A DNA stretch of 32,000 bases from Methanopyrus kandleri AV19 (GCF_000007185.1 NC_003551.1:480001-512000); one strand, 5' to 3'; positions 9,101 through 18,571 are shown, numbered from the stretch's first letter. Notes: generated by a model from the letters alone, not told the origin. Program-made: numbers and translations.

Positions 9101-9958
9101 GTGCTGACACGTCGTTCCGGTTTGCCAGACACCTCCGTCATGAGGTTAGCCACCACGAACGTCGTATCGATGCCACCTACCGCCACAGTGAAAAGCGCCG
9201 TCGACACGATGATACGGTACGGGTTCCGCAGGATTCCAGTGACGGAACCGGGTGAGCTGGAACTTGTCGGTATTATGACGGGCAAGGACGTGTTAGACTA
9301 CTTGGTCGGAGAGCGTCGGAAGATAATAGAGCGCCGATATGGGAGTACGTTCCTTCCGGCACTCCATGAGCCCGTGAGATCACTAATGAGAACTGAAGTC
9401 TACGTTATCACCCCATACGATACCGTCCGTAAAGCCGTTCGGACGATGTTTGAGTTCGAAGTCGGGGCTTTACCTATAGTGAAAGACAAGAAGCTCGTAG
9501 GGATAATCACTGAACGCGATATTATGGCCGATCTTTACGACGTACTGGAGGACACGAGAGTTGAGGAGATAATGACTGAGGACCCCGAAACAGTCCCATC
9601 GGACATTACGGTACTCGAAGCCGCGGAAATAATGGTAGACAGAGAGTTTCGGAGACTCCCAGTGGTTGAAAACGGGAGGTTATGCGGCCTCGTAACCGCT
9701 ACCGATGTGCTCCATCACGTCTCCAGTATGGCGACTGAAACATCGCCGGATGCGTCTGTTGAAGAAGTTATGGATGTGCCGGTGGAAGAAATTATGACAG
9801 AAGATGTCATTACAATCGAGCCTGACGTTAATATTGAAGAAGCCGCATTAACGATGAAGGGGGCTAACGTCGGAAGTTTAGTAGTGACGGAGGGTAACGA
9901 TGTGATAGGAATCATAACCGAACGAGATATTATGTACGCCATTGCCGAGAGAATGTGA
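9101..9958 (+). CDS. Protein with four CBS domains
   Basis: Four repeats ending GIMTGKDVL, GIITERDIM, GLVTATDVL, GIITERDIM. GTG start with GAGGAGTGATC SD. Confidence 0.9.
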   Translation: MLTRRSGLPDTSVMRLATTNVVSMPPTATVKSAVDTMIRYGFRRIPVTEPGELELVGIMTGKDVLDYLVGERRKIIERRYGSTFLPALHEPVRSLMRTEVYVITPYDTVRKAVRTMFEFEVGALPIVKDKKLVGIITERDIMADLYDVLEDTRVEEIMTEDPETVPSDITVLEAAEIMVDREFRRLPVVENGRLCGLVTATDVLHHVSSMATETSPDASVEEVMDVPVEEIMTEDVITIEPDVNIEEAALTMKGANVGSLVVTEGNDVIGIITERDIMYAIAERM

Positions 9959-12113
9959 GGTACAGTGAAACACAGAGGCTGAAAGCTGAAAGCGCAATCC
10001 AAAGTGGGTGAGGGTTCCAAACGAATTTGACGGTGGTGGGACTTGGGACGCGAAGCAAGATCATGTTGTCAATGCCGCCCAACCTCACACCTCGATCCGG
10101 GATCCAGCAGGGGAAGTAAGGTACCTTCACCCATACCCATCCACGCCCATAGACTTTGAACCAAGCGTGGCCCAAGTCCACACGTATCGGTTTTAAGTTC
10201 CTCTTAGGTAGCATCTTCACAATACGAAGCGGTCTATCATGAACTATATTGATCCCGAATATCTTGGTTTTGAACTTATGATATCTATCCAGCACTAGGA
10301 TTTCCTTAACTCCAAATTCCTTAAGTACTCTTACTTCTTCGGGTGATGGATGCCTATCCATCACCACAACTTGTGGATGAGCATAACGTACTAAGTCACA
10401 ATCAGGAATTCGTGTGAAGGCGTACGCTGGTGCGTATTTAGGATCATATCGCAACAGTTTACAAAGTCTCATATACCTGTATTTGTTACCTAAAAATACT
10501 GATTTAATATCATCTATTTCATACCCCATCGTTGGATTAAACTCGTAAACTTTCACCCATCGATAATCACGAATGGGTCGTACACCAACGCGTTCCAGTT
10601 CCGTGATCATACGCTTAGCATACGGTTTCCGTGAACTTAGTATCAAAAACCGAACCCCTAATACATCCCCTATTTTCAATGCTTTATTGGGTTCTACACG
10701 CTTGAATGAACGCTGATACTGTACAACAACATCCCGAATTGGAGTACCCTCACGGTACCACCCGAAGACTGATGGAGCACCAGTAATGTAAGGTTCCATT
10801 CCCCAAAGTGCTCGATACCCTACCGTTGCTACCCTATCCCACGGTCCAGTATGCTCCCTCATCCACAGTAAAGCCGATAGTTCAGAGACTGTGTAATGAA
10901 CTGGACGATAAGCATATTTTAAACCGATTGCTGCATCGACTACCATCATTGAGCATATCATTATCAGCACGGTGTGTCGCCTTAGGAACCGGAAATTATC
11001 AACGACGAATGCCACAAATGTGCAGAGAATCACTGCCGAAAACATCAAAAACCATTTCGGTTCGAAACCAATCCGCTCCATGGGTTTCTGAAGCACGAGC
11101 CCGAAGGACAGGAGCAGTGCCACACCGGTCATGATCGCGAAGGGAAGGAAAGTTCTAGGACGGCGTCGTGCCGCGAGAATTAACCCCGCCCAACCCAGGA
11201 GGAACTGGATCGCACCCACGTATTTGGCGTACCTTGTTTTCCAATAGTCCGGTACGAAGAACTCCCACGGATCGTGTACCGAAGACATGCTGATCCACCA
11301 TTTCGGCTTGGTGGTATAGGAGTACGTCCGGTACTCAAGGGCGGGCATCAACCACCACGAAACCGCGAGTACCGAGAGCAAAATCGCGAAGAGTACCCAC
11401 GCGTGTCCCGGTACCTCCGGGAGTATCGAAGGAAGCTCCTCTTTCCCCACCGCCCACAACGTCCAGGATCGGGAGATGCGGAGCGCTACGTAGGCTAGGC
11501 ACACCGTTATAGCGGCCAGACCCGAACTGTGGTGCATGAGGATAGTCAGGGAGAGCACGAGCGCCAAATAACCGGCCCAGCGACCGCGCTCCCAGACTCT
11601 CCGATATACGGCCACAAGCAGCCCGGGAACCAGGGCGTAGAAGACGATGGCGGCAACGGTCGGGATTCGACCCTCAGTGAATGTAATTTCAATATGATTG
11701 TAGGACGTCTGATACGCGACGGCGGCGATTAGGGACCCTAACGGTGAGGCTCCCATCAGACGGGCGGATGCGTACACCGACGGCCCCGCAAGCGAGTAAG
11801 CCAGCCAAGTCCACCATTTCCACGCCGTTAGGACGTCCGTCTTCGCGAGGTGTGTCATCAGGGCAGGGATGAAGTACGCCAGGGGTGGATAAAACCACAG
11901 AAAGGGGTACCCGCAGTACCAGTATTCCGACCATTTCGGGTACGGCACGTCGCCCATCGACCAGAGCTTTTCGAGCATCCAAACCTTAGTCATGTGCCCG
12001 CGCGCGTCTGCACCACTGGGAAACCAGTTCCAACCGTAGTCAAGGGAAGGAGAAGACACCACCGCACCCACTAGGAAAGCGACCAGTGCACACAGTACGT
12101 CTTTACGATCCAA
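9930..12113 (-). CDS. Large multi-pass membrane protein, PTPS-related/GT-C-like (probable glycosyltransferase or oligosaccharyltransferase-like)
   Basis: SGADARGHMTKVWMLEKLWSMGDVPYPKWSEYWYCGYPFLWFYPPLAYFIPAL...LTILMHHSSGLAAITVCLAYVAL, many TM helices, soluble C-terminal part. TTG 12113 is preceded by GGGGGAAGGAAG; the ORF track start 12239 overlaps the divergent ligase gene. Confidence 0.68.
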   Translation of the reverse strand: MDRKDVLCALVAFLVGAVVSSPSLDYGWNWFPSGADARGHMTKVWMLEKLWSMGDVPYPKWSEYWYCGYPFLWFYPPLAYFIPALMTHLAKTDVLTAWKWWTWLAYSLAGPSVYASARLMGASPLGSLIAAVAYQTSYNHIEITFTEGRIPTVAAIVFYALVPGLLVAVYRRVWERGRWAGYLALVLSLTILMHHSSGLAAITVCLAYVALRISRSWTLWAVGKEELPSILPEVPGHAWVLFAILLSVLAVSWWLMPALEYRTYSYTTKPKWWISMSSVHDPWEFFVPDYWKTRYAKYVGAIQFLLGWAGLILAARRRPRTFLPFAIMTGVALLLSFGLVLQKPMERIGFEPKWFLMFSAVILCTFVAFVVDNFRFLRRHTVLIMICSMMVVDAAIGLKYAYRPVHYTVSELSALLWMREHTGPWDRVATVGYRALWGMEPYITGAPSVFGWYREGTPIRDVVVQYQRSFKRVEPNKALKIGDVLGVRFLILSSRKPYAKRMITELERVGVRPIRDYRWVKVYEFNPTMGYEIDDIKSVFLGNKYRYMRLCKLLRYDPKYAPAYAFTRIPDCDLVRYAHPQVVVMDRHPSPEEVRVLKEFGVKEILVLDRYHKFKTKIFGINIVHDRPLRIVKMLPKRNLKPIRVDLGHAWFKVYGRGWVWVKVPYFPCWIPDRGVRLGGIDNMILLRVPSPTTVKFVWNPHPLWIALSAFSLCVSLYLTFSRQWRT

Positions 12114-12150
12114 CGTCCTCTTCCTTCCCCCTCGTCCGCGGGGTGAGAGC

Positions 12151-13311
12151 GTGGCTGATCCCTCTAAAGACGTTAAGAAGCTGTCGATGATACTCGAATC
12201 GGAGGAATGGCGCGTAGAAAAAGCCATAGAGCGTGGCACGATCCGGCGTGTGAGGACGTCTTTCCCGGGCTTCGTCTACTACAGAACCGTACGGGAATTC
12301 GCCGGGTTCGAGCGAGGAACCTTGATCGTCCCGAGCCACGGGTTGTTGCTGCGCGGGTTTCCCAAGATTGAGCGCGCGTTGTTGCTTGAGCCGGCTCTCA
12401 GGTCGAGGTTCGGTGAGGTGGGGAAAGTGATCGTAGAGGAGAAGATGAACGGTCACAACGTACGCGTGTTCGAGCTGGACGGAGAGGTGTACGCGGCCAC
12501 GCGCGGGGGTTTGATCTGCCCGTACACTACTCACAAGCTCCGGAACATGTTTGAGGATGAGTTGAAGCAGTTCTTCGAGGACTACCCCGGAACGGTAGTC
12601 TGTGGTGAGTTCGTGGGGAAGGAGAATCCGTACGTGTCCCGCGAGTACCCGGAAGCCCGTGACGTGGGGTTCTTCGTGTTCGACGTCCGGGACCCGAGCG
12701 GACGGTTCTGGTCGTACGAGGAGAAACTGAAGGTGGACGAGTACGGGCTCGAACGCGTTCGGTGCTTCGGTGAGTTCGAGGTGAGCGAAGTCGAGGAGAT
12801 CCACCGTATCGTCCGCGAGCTCGATCGTGAAGGTCGGGAAGGTATCGTCATCAAGGATCCGGATCGAAAGCTGCCTCCATTGAAGTACACGACACACTCG
12901 GCGCACGTTGAGGAGATCGAGTGGGCGTTCAGGTTCGCGTTCGACTTAGGTCGTGACTTCGTGCTGACTCGCACGATCCGCGAAGGATTCCAATCGTTTG
13001 AATGGTGTGAAAAAGATAGAGAGCTGAAGCGTCGGGGCGCGGAGATAGGGCGAGCGATAGTAGAGGGATTGAGGAGGGCTGTGGAGCAGGTGGTGGAAGA
13101 AGGCGAGGCCTACGAAGAGATCCCACTGACCTTCGAATCACGGGAGTGGTTCGAACGGTACGAAGACTTCGTGAAACGGGTCACCGGAGGCACTCATTCG
13201 CTGAAGATCATCGAAGAGAAGGAGGACGGAACCGTCCGTGCGGTGCTGCGGAAGCGTTACTTCGGGACCGGTGATAAGGTGTCACGAATCCTCGAGGAGG
13301 GGGTCCTGTAG
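12151..13311 (+). CDS. ATP-dependent RNA ligase, archaeal Rnl3 (Pab1020-like) family
   Basis: Nucleotidyltransferase motif I VEEKMNGHNVRVFELDGEVYAATRGG, VVCGEFVGKENPYV, DVGFFVFDVRD, GREGIVIKDP, PPLKYTTHSAH. Confidence 0.85.
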   Translation: MADPSKDVKKLSMILESEEWRVEKAIERGTIRRVRTSFPGFVYYRTVREFAGFERGTLIVPSHGLLLRGFPKIERALLLEPALRSRFGEVGKVIVEEKMNGHNVRVFELDGEVYAATRGGLICPYTTHKLRNMFEDELKQFFEDYPGTVVCGEFVGKENPYVSREYPEARDVGFFVFDVRDPSGRFWSYEEKLKVDEYGLERVRCFGEFEVSEVEEIHRIVRELDREGREGIVIKDPDRKLPPLKYTTHSAHVEEIEWAFRFAFDLGRDFVLTRTIREGFQSFEWCEKDRELKRRGAEIGRAIVEGLRRAVEQVVEEGEAYEEIPLTFESREWFERYEDFVKRVTGGTHSLKIIEEKEDGTVRAVLRKRYFGTGDKVSRILEEGVL

Positions 13312-13315
13312 GGGT

Positions 13316-13792
13316 TTGATAGAAGTAGAGATTCCAGGTCGAGGCGAACTGCGGCTAGAGCACCTAGTTCTCGATTACAACGGCACGATAGCCTCGGGAG
13401 GAAAGTTGCTCGAAAGCGTTGTCGAACCACTGCAAGAGCTTACCGAAATCGTGCACGTTGTCGTCGCATCAGCGGATACTTACGGTACGGTTGAAGACGA
13501 GCTGAACGATGCCGGGCTGGACATCGAGGTCTACAGGGTGAGCGCCGGGAACGAGCGGGAGGATAAAGCTGAACTGATCGAGGAACTGGGGCCGGAAGTC
13601 TGCGCCGCCGTGGGGAACGGCGCGAACGACGAGTTGATGCTTAGAAGGGCTGCGTTAGGCATCTGCGTGATAGGCCCGGAGGGAGCGTGTTCGAGGACCT
13701 TGCTGAATGCACACGTGGTCGTGCGGGAGCCACGTGAAGCCTTGGAGCTACTCCTCGATCCGAAAGCGCTCAGGGCGACGATGAGGTGTTAG
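13316..13792 (+). CDS. HAD-superfamily protein, soluble P-type ATPase-like (COG4087-like)
   Basis: LVLDYNGTIASGG (motif I) and VCAAVGNGANDELMLRRAALGICVIGPEG (motif IV). TTG 13316 start. Confidence 0.72.
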   Translation: MIEVEIPGRGELRLEHLVLDYNGTIASGGKLLESVVEPLQELTEIVHVVVASADTYGTVEDELNDAGLDIEVYRVSAGNEREDKAELIEELGPEVCAAVGNGANDELMLRRAALGICVIGPEGACSRTLLNAHVVVREPREALELLLDPKALRATMRC

Positions 13793-15066
13793 CGTTGCGG
13801 GTGCTGCTCAAGGGCAAGATCCTGATCGGAGGGCGGGTACGAGAGCGCGAGGTGCTGGCCGAAGACGGTTGGATAGTCAAGATCGGCAAGAGACTGAACG
13901 AAGAGGCCGACCTCACGCTGGAATTGGGAAAAAGGGAGCTAGCGGTCCCGGCCCCGATCGACCTGCACGTGCATTGCCGGGATCCGCACCCGGATTACCC
14001 GTTTGGGTTCAAAACCGAAACAAGAAGGTTTCTTTTAGGAGGAGTCGCTACCGTAGTGGACATGCCGAACACGCGTCCGGCTCCCACTACACCTGAAACG
14101 TACTACGAAAAGGAGGAACTGGCGCGGGAGAACGCCGAGATCGAGGTCATCGTGGCCGGAGGCGTGAGGGATTCTCAGTGCACCAAGGAACTCGTCGAAG
14201 CCGGAGCGTACGTGCTCGGGGAAGTGTTCCTAGCGACGTCCACCGACGCGCCCGCGGTGCCGTGGAGCACGCTTCCGGAAATCTTCAGGGAACTATCCCC
14301 TGATGGTCCTCTAACGATATTCCATCCCGAGCTCGACGAACTGGTGGCCGAGAGGCCGGCCCGAAACCTCTACGAGCACCTAAAAAATAGGCCGCCGGAG
14401 GCTGAAACAACCGCCGTAGGGCTCCTGGCCGGGCTCAAGGTAAGATACCCAAGCCGTATCCATTTGTCTCACGTCACGCTGCCCGAGTCGGTGAAGATCG
14501 CCAAAGGAGCGGACATTACCGTGGACGTGACTCCCCACCACCTCTTCTTCGACGTGCTGCGAGTGGACCCGGAGGACCCTGTGTTTAAAGTGAACCCTCC
14601 ACTGCGAGGTCGTCATCACAGACTCGGACTCCTGCGCGCTGTGAGGAGAGGGGACGTGGACGTACTCGCCTCCGATCATGCCCCGCACATCCTCGAGGAC
14701 GAGTTCGAGGACGTCCCATCAGGAGTCACTGGAGGGGAGATCATCCTACCGGCGGCCCTCACGTTACACAGGCGATTCGGTTTGTCACTGAGGGACGCTG
14801 TGGCCATGATCACGTGCCGACCGGCGAAGCTCCTAGGCCGCGACGATCTAGGTGAGGTAGCGGTGGGGAAACGTGCCAGAATAACGGTCGTTCGAATGCG
14901 GGAGTTCGTCGTCCGGGCCGAGGAGTTCGGAGAGGAAGATCGGAAATTCCCCTACGACGGTATGCGGATGTTCGGAGAGCCCGTCAAGTTGATCGACGGG
15001 ACCAAGGTGTACGACCTCAAGGAATCTCGGCGGGAGGGGAAGCCGGTCATACTGGAGGGTGAGTGA
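13786..15066 (+). CDS. pyrC: Dihydroorotase
   Basis: APIDLHVHCRDPHPDYPFGFKTETRRFLLGGVATVVDMPNTRPAPTT...HLSHVTLP...VDVTPHHLFF...VLASDHAPH. Confidence 0.92.
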   Translation: MLALRVLLKGKILIGGRVREREVLAEDGWIVKIGKRLNEEADLTLELGKRELAVPAPIDLHVHCRDPHPDYPFGFKTETRRFLLGGVATVVDMPNTRPAPTTPETYYEKEELARENAEIEVIVAGGVRDSQCTKELVEAGAYVLGEVFLATSTDAPAVPWSTLPEIFRELSPDGPLTIFHPELDELVAERPARNLYEHLKNRPPEAETTAVGLLAGLKVRYPSRIHLSHVTLPESVKIAKGADITVDVTPHHLFFDVLRVDPEDPVFKVNPPLRGRHHRLGLLRAVRRGDVDVLASDHAPHILEDEFEDVPSGVTGGEIILPAALTLHRRFGLSLRDAVAMITCRPAKLLGRDDLGEVAVGKRARITVVRMREFVVRAEEFGEEDRKFPYDGMRMFGEPVKLIDGTKVYDLKESRREGKPVILEGE

Positions 15067-16756
15067 GTTGCCCACGGGTGCCAGGGTACTCGTCGAGTGC
15101 TTGAAAGAAGAGGGCGTCGAGCACATTTTCGGGTACCCGGGAGGTGCCGTCCTACCGATTTATGACGAGATCTACGACGAGGTTTCGATCGAACACATCC
15201 TCGTACGACACGAGCAGGGAGCTGCCCACGCCGCCGACGGGTACGCGAGGGTGAAAGGGAAACCCGGAGTCTGCATGGCGACATCGGGACCCGGAGCGAC
15301 GAACCTAGTCACGGGTATCGCCACGGCTTACATGGACTCGTCCCCGGTAATAGCCATCACCGGACAGGTCCCCACCACCATGATCGGGAAGGACGCGTTC
15401 CAGGAGGTCGACGCCGTCGGCGTGTTCATGCCCATCACTAAGCATAACTACCAGATAGGGAAACCCGAGGAGATACCGGAAGTCGTGAAGGAGGCGTTCA
15501 AGATAGCTATCACCGGTCGGCCGGGGCCTGTTCACATCGACGTGCCCAAAGACGTGCAGGAAGCGGAAGTGGATGTCGAGATACCCAAAACCGTCGAGGT
15601 CGAGGGCTTGAACGTGGTCAAGCGCGGTCATCCGGTACAGATCAAACGGGCCGCGGAGTTACTCGCCGAGGCGGAGCGACCCGTCATCTTAGCAGGCGGT
15701 GGGTGTGTAATCTCCAACGCTACTCGGGAGCTGATCGAGCTCGCGGAACTGCTCGGTGCTCCGGTAGCTACGACCCTCATGGGGAAGGGAGCGTTTCCCG
15801 AGGATCATCCACTAGCACTGGGTATGGCCGGTATGCACGGCACTAAGGCCGCGAACTACGCGCTGACGGAGTGCGACGTGCTACTCGCTGTAGGGTGCAG
15901 GTTCTCGGACAGGACTACGGGGGATCCCTCCGGATTCGCTCCCGAAGCGAAGATCATCCATATTGACATAGACCCCGCCGAGATCGGCAAGAACATCCCA
16001 GTCGACGTGCCCATAGTTGGTGATGCGAAGCTCGTCCTCAGGGACCTGATTAAGGAGTTGAAGCGGCGTAAGTACCTGAGGGAACGTAAGCGCTGGGGAG
16101 AGAGGATCGAGGAACTGAAGGCTGAAGTAGAGATGCCTCCGGAATCCACGGAGTCCGACCAACGGATCAGCCCGCGTGAGCTCGTACGTGTGTTACACGA
16201 AGCCCTGAAAGATCGGGATTACATTCTCACTACGGACGTAGGTCAGAACCAGATGTGGATGGCCCGATACTTCCCGGTGGAAGAACCGCGCAGGTTCATC
16301 TCCTCCGGTGGTTTAGGAACCATGGGATTCGGTCTTCCGGCCGCGCTCGGCGCTAAGGTAGCCGCACCGGAGAAAACCGTGGTCGCCGTGGTAGGAGACG
16401 GTGGGTTCTTGATGACCGCGCAAGAGTTAGCCACCGCCGTGGACAACGACATCGAGGTGAAGGTCTTCGTCATGGATAATAGACTCTTAGGGATGGTAGC
16501 GCAGTGGCAGAGGCTGTTCTACGACGAAAGATTGTCGGAATCGAAACTCGATGAGAAAACCGACATAGTGAAACTGACGGAGTCGTACGGAGCAGCCGGA
16601 ATTACCGTGGAGGAGCCGAGCGAGCTGGAGTCCGCGGTAGAGGAAGCCTTCGAGACTCCGGGTACGGTGGTGGTGGATGTGTTCGTAGATCCGGAAGAAA
16701 TCATCCCGATGGTGCCGCCGGGAGGCGAGTTGCGCGACATCCTTGGTGAAAAATGA
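15059..16756 (+). CDS. ilvB: Acetolactate synthase large subunit
   Basis: GARVLVECLKEEGVEHIFGYPGGAVLPIYDEIYDE..., ThDP-binding GDGGFLMTAQELATAVDNDIEVKVFVMDN. The start may be TTG 15068. Confidence 0.95.
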   Translation: MSELPTGARVLVECLKEEGVEHIFGYPGGAVLPIYDEIYDEVSIEHILVRHEQGAAHAADGYARVKGKPGVCMATSGPGATNLVTGIATAYMDSSPVIAITGQVPTTMIGKDAFQEVDAVGVFMPITKHNYQIGKPEEIPEVVKEAFKIAITGRPGPVHIDVPKDVQEAEVDVEIPKTVEVEGLNVVKRGHPVQIKRAAELLAEAERPVILAGGGCVISNATRELIELAELLGAPVATTLMGKGAFPEDHPLALGMAGMHGTKAANYALTECDVLLAVGCRFSDRTTGDPSGFAPEAKIIHIDIDPAEIGKNIPVDVPIVGDAKLVLRDLIKELKRRKYLRERKRWGERIEELKAEVEMPPESTESDQRISPRELVRVLHEALKDRDYILTTDVGQNQMWMARYFPVEEPRRFISSGGLGTMGFGLPAALGAKVAAPEKTVVAVVGDGGFLMTAQELATAVDNDIEVKVFVMDNRLLGMVAQWQRLFYDERLSESKLDEKTDIVKLTESYGAAGITVEEPSELESAVEEAFETPGTVVVDVFVDPEEIIPMVPPGGELRDILGEK

Positions 16757-16785
16757 GGCGGAAGTGAAAAAAGGATGGAGGGGGC

Positions 16786-16935
16786 CTACCCCTCGGCCCC
16801 GACCTCTACCACACGCGGCACCAACATCGCTGTGCACATTTCAGGCATTTCGAGAGTGGCCTGGTCGTCCTCCCAGCGTTCCAACTCCACTCGATCACTT
16901 CCGGATAGAGCGTGGAGGACGCGTCCGAAGTTCAT
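16786..16935 (-). CDS. Candidate 49-aa protein, below the ORF-track length cutoff
   Basis: Minus-strand MNFGRVLHALSGSDRVELERWEDDQATLEMPEMCTAMLVPRVVEVGAEG*, preceded by GGGGAGG-CCCCG-ATG (strong SD, 5-nt spacer). Confidence 0.45.
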   Translation of the reverse strand: MNFGRVLHALSGSDRVELERWEDDQATLEMPEMCTAMLVPRVVEVGAEG

Positions 16936-17118
16936 CGGGGCCTCCCCTACTCGTTTTACCCCCAAATGTACGAGGTCGTTAAAATAGAAGGCGTGTCATG
17001 ACAAGGGTATGGAGTTCCTAAAGCGCGATCCGTGTTCACGAAATGGGCACAACATTGTTCGATCCACTTCGAAAAAGTTAAAAGGTACGTAGCGAACGGT
17101 GATCAAGGGCGCTCGAAC

Positions 17119-17505
17119 ATGGACTTCGAGGAGTACCTCGAGAAGTGGTTCAAGGGCGAGACCACCGAGGTAGGCATCTACATGGCGATGGCCATCGTCG
17201 CTAGAGAGCAGGGCTACCCCGAAGTATGTGACCTGCTGGAGCAAATCGCTATGGACGAAGCCCGACACGCGGCCGCCGCGGCGCTGATCGCGGGGAAGGT
17301 CGAGAACAGTCTGGAGGGCCTGATCGAGAAGATGGAAGAAATGATTGAAGGTGAGAAAAACGCCTACGAAACCAGGATGGACGAAGCCGACCACCACTCC
17401 GACGAGCTGGACGACGAGATCATCACCCTGCTGAAGGCTACCGCATACGACGAAAAGCACCACAGGAAGATGCTCAAAGCGGCCCTCGAAAAGCTGAAGG
17501 AGTAA
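17119..17505 (+). CDS. Ferritin-like/rubrerythrin-type di-iron protein without a rubredoxin domain
   Basis: EVGIYMAMAIVAREQGYPEVCDLLEQIAMDEARHAAAAA...NAYETRMDEADHHSDELDDEIITLLKATAYDEKHHRKMLKAAL. The ORF track start 17032 seems too far upstream. Confidence 0.75.
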   Translation: MDFEEYLEKWFKGETTEVGIYMAMAIVAREQGYPEVCDLLEQIAMDEARHAAAAALIAGKVENSLEGLIEKMEEMIEGEKNAYETRMDEADHHSDELDDEIITLLKATAYDEKHHRKMLKAALEKLKE

Positions 17506-17571
17506 CTTCCAAGCGCCCCCTTCGACGCCCTCGCTCAATCGTCATGACATCCGAAACGATGGGGTGGGCCT

Positions 17572-18342
17572 TTGAGGTACGTCGACGCACATGTGCACCT
17601 CGACGTTAGGAGTTACGAAGACCTCGAGAGAATGGCCTTATCTGGAGTCCGAACCGTCGTCACGTGCGCTCACGATCCTTACCCCGACATGACGGCCGAG
17701 GTGTACTCCGCCCTCTTCAGAAGGCTCCTCGGGGTGGAAACGTGGAGGGGCGAAAAGGCCGGGCTCACGGTTAAGGTGGCCGTGGGAGTACATCCCGGAG
17801 GCGTACCGGATAACATGAGCGACGTGCTACGGGAAGTCGAGGAACTCCTGAGTCATGAGGACGTCGTCGCGATCGGAGAGACCGGCCTCAACGAAAATCC
17901 GGATGATAGAGAAATCCAAGTCCTGGAGGCTCAGCTGAAGTTAGCCCGAGAGCACGAGGTACCCATCATTGTCCACACGCCGAGCAGGAACAAGGTCGAG
18001 ATCACCGAGAAGGTGTTGGAGATCCTGAACTCTTCGGGTATAGACCCCTCTCTGGTGCTGGTGGACCACGCCTCGGCGGAGACCGTCTCGCTCATCGGTG
18101 AGGAAGGGTACGCGGTCGGGCTGACACTCCGACCGGGAGAGCTCGATGTGTGGGAAGCGTGTGATATCGTGGAGGAGTACGCCGACGAAATGACGCTCAT
18201 CGCGAGCAGCGACCTGGGATCTCTAGCCGCCGATCCACTCGCCCTCCCCAAGCTGGCCCTCGAACTGGAACGCCGGAACGTCGAGAAGAGCATCATCCGG
18301 GACGTCGTAGCCCGGAACGCTGAGAGGTTTTACGGGCTCTAA
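17572..18342 (+). CDS. TatD-related metal-dependent hydrolase
   Basis: DAHVHLDVRSYEDL...VAVGVHPGG...VVAIGETGLNE...VPIIVHTPSRNK...LVDHASAET. TTG start with GGGGTGGG SD. Confidence 0.82.
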   Translation: MRYVDAHVHLDVRSYEDLERMALSGVRTVVTCAHDPYPDMTAEVYSALFRRLLGVETWRGEKAGLTVKVAVGVHPGGVPDNMSDVLREVEELLSHEDVVAIGETGLNENPDDREIQVLEAQLKLAREHEVPIIVHTPSRNKVEITEKVLEILNSSGIDPSLVLVDHASAETVSLIGEEGYAVGLTLRPGELDVWEACDIVEEYADEMTLIASSDLGSLAADPLALPKLALELERRNVEKSIIRDVVARNAERFYGL

Positions 18343-18571
18343 CTTCCGCCCTAAAGCACGATGTTCGAGGCAGCCTCGGTCCCCGTCCTCTATTCGTGGA
18401 TCATGTAGGCGGGTGATCAGGCCGGTCAGAGCGACCCCATCTTGAAGACGAGTCCTACAGCGATTCCCAAGGATCGCTTCCTCATCGCGAGATCACTCGA
18501 GACCTGAGGACAAACCCTCATTCTCCCCGCCCTTGAGAACCAACGTTTACCCAAGGGGCTGTGAGGATCGA

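Noticed and set aside
12103-12906. 267-aa minus-strand ORF opposite the RNA ligase gene
   Set aside because: It is antisense to a clearly conserved ligase, low-complexity with no recognised motif, and is a typical shadow ORF in GC-rich DNA.
16487-16837. 116-aa minus-strand ORF near the end of ilvB
   Set aside because: It is mostly antisense to ilvB with skewed His/Phe-rich composition. The 49-aa ORF in a different frame has a much better SD.
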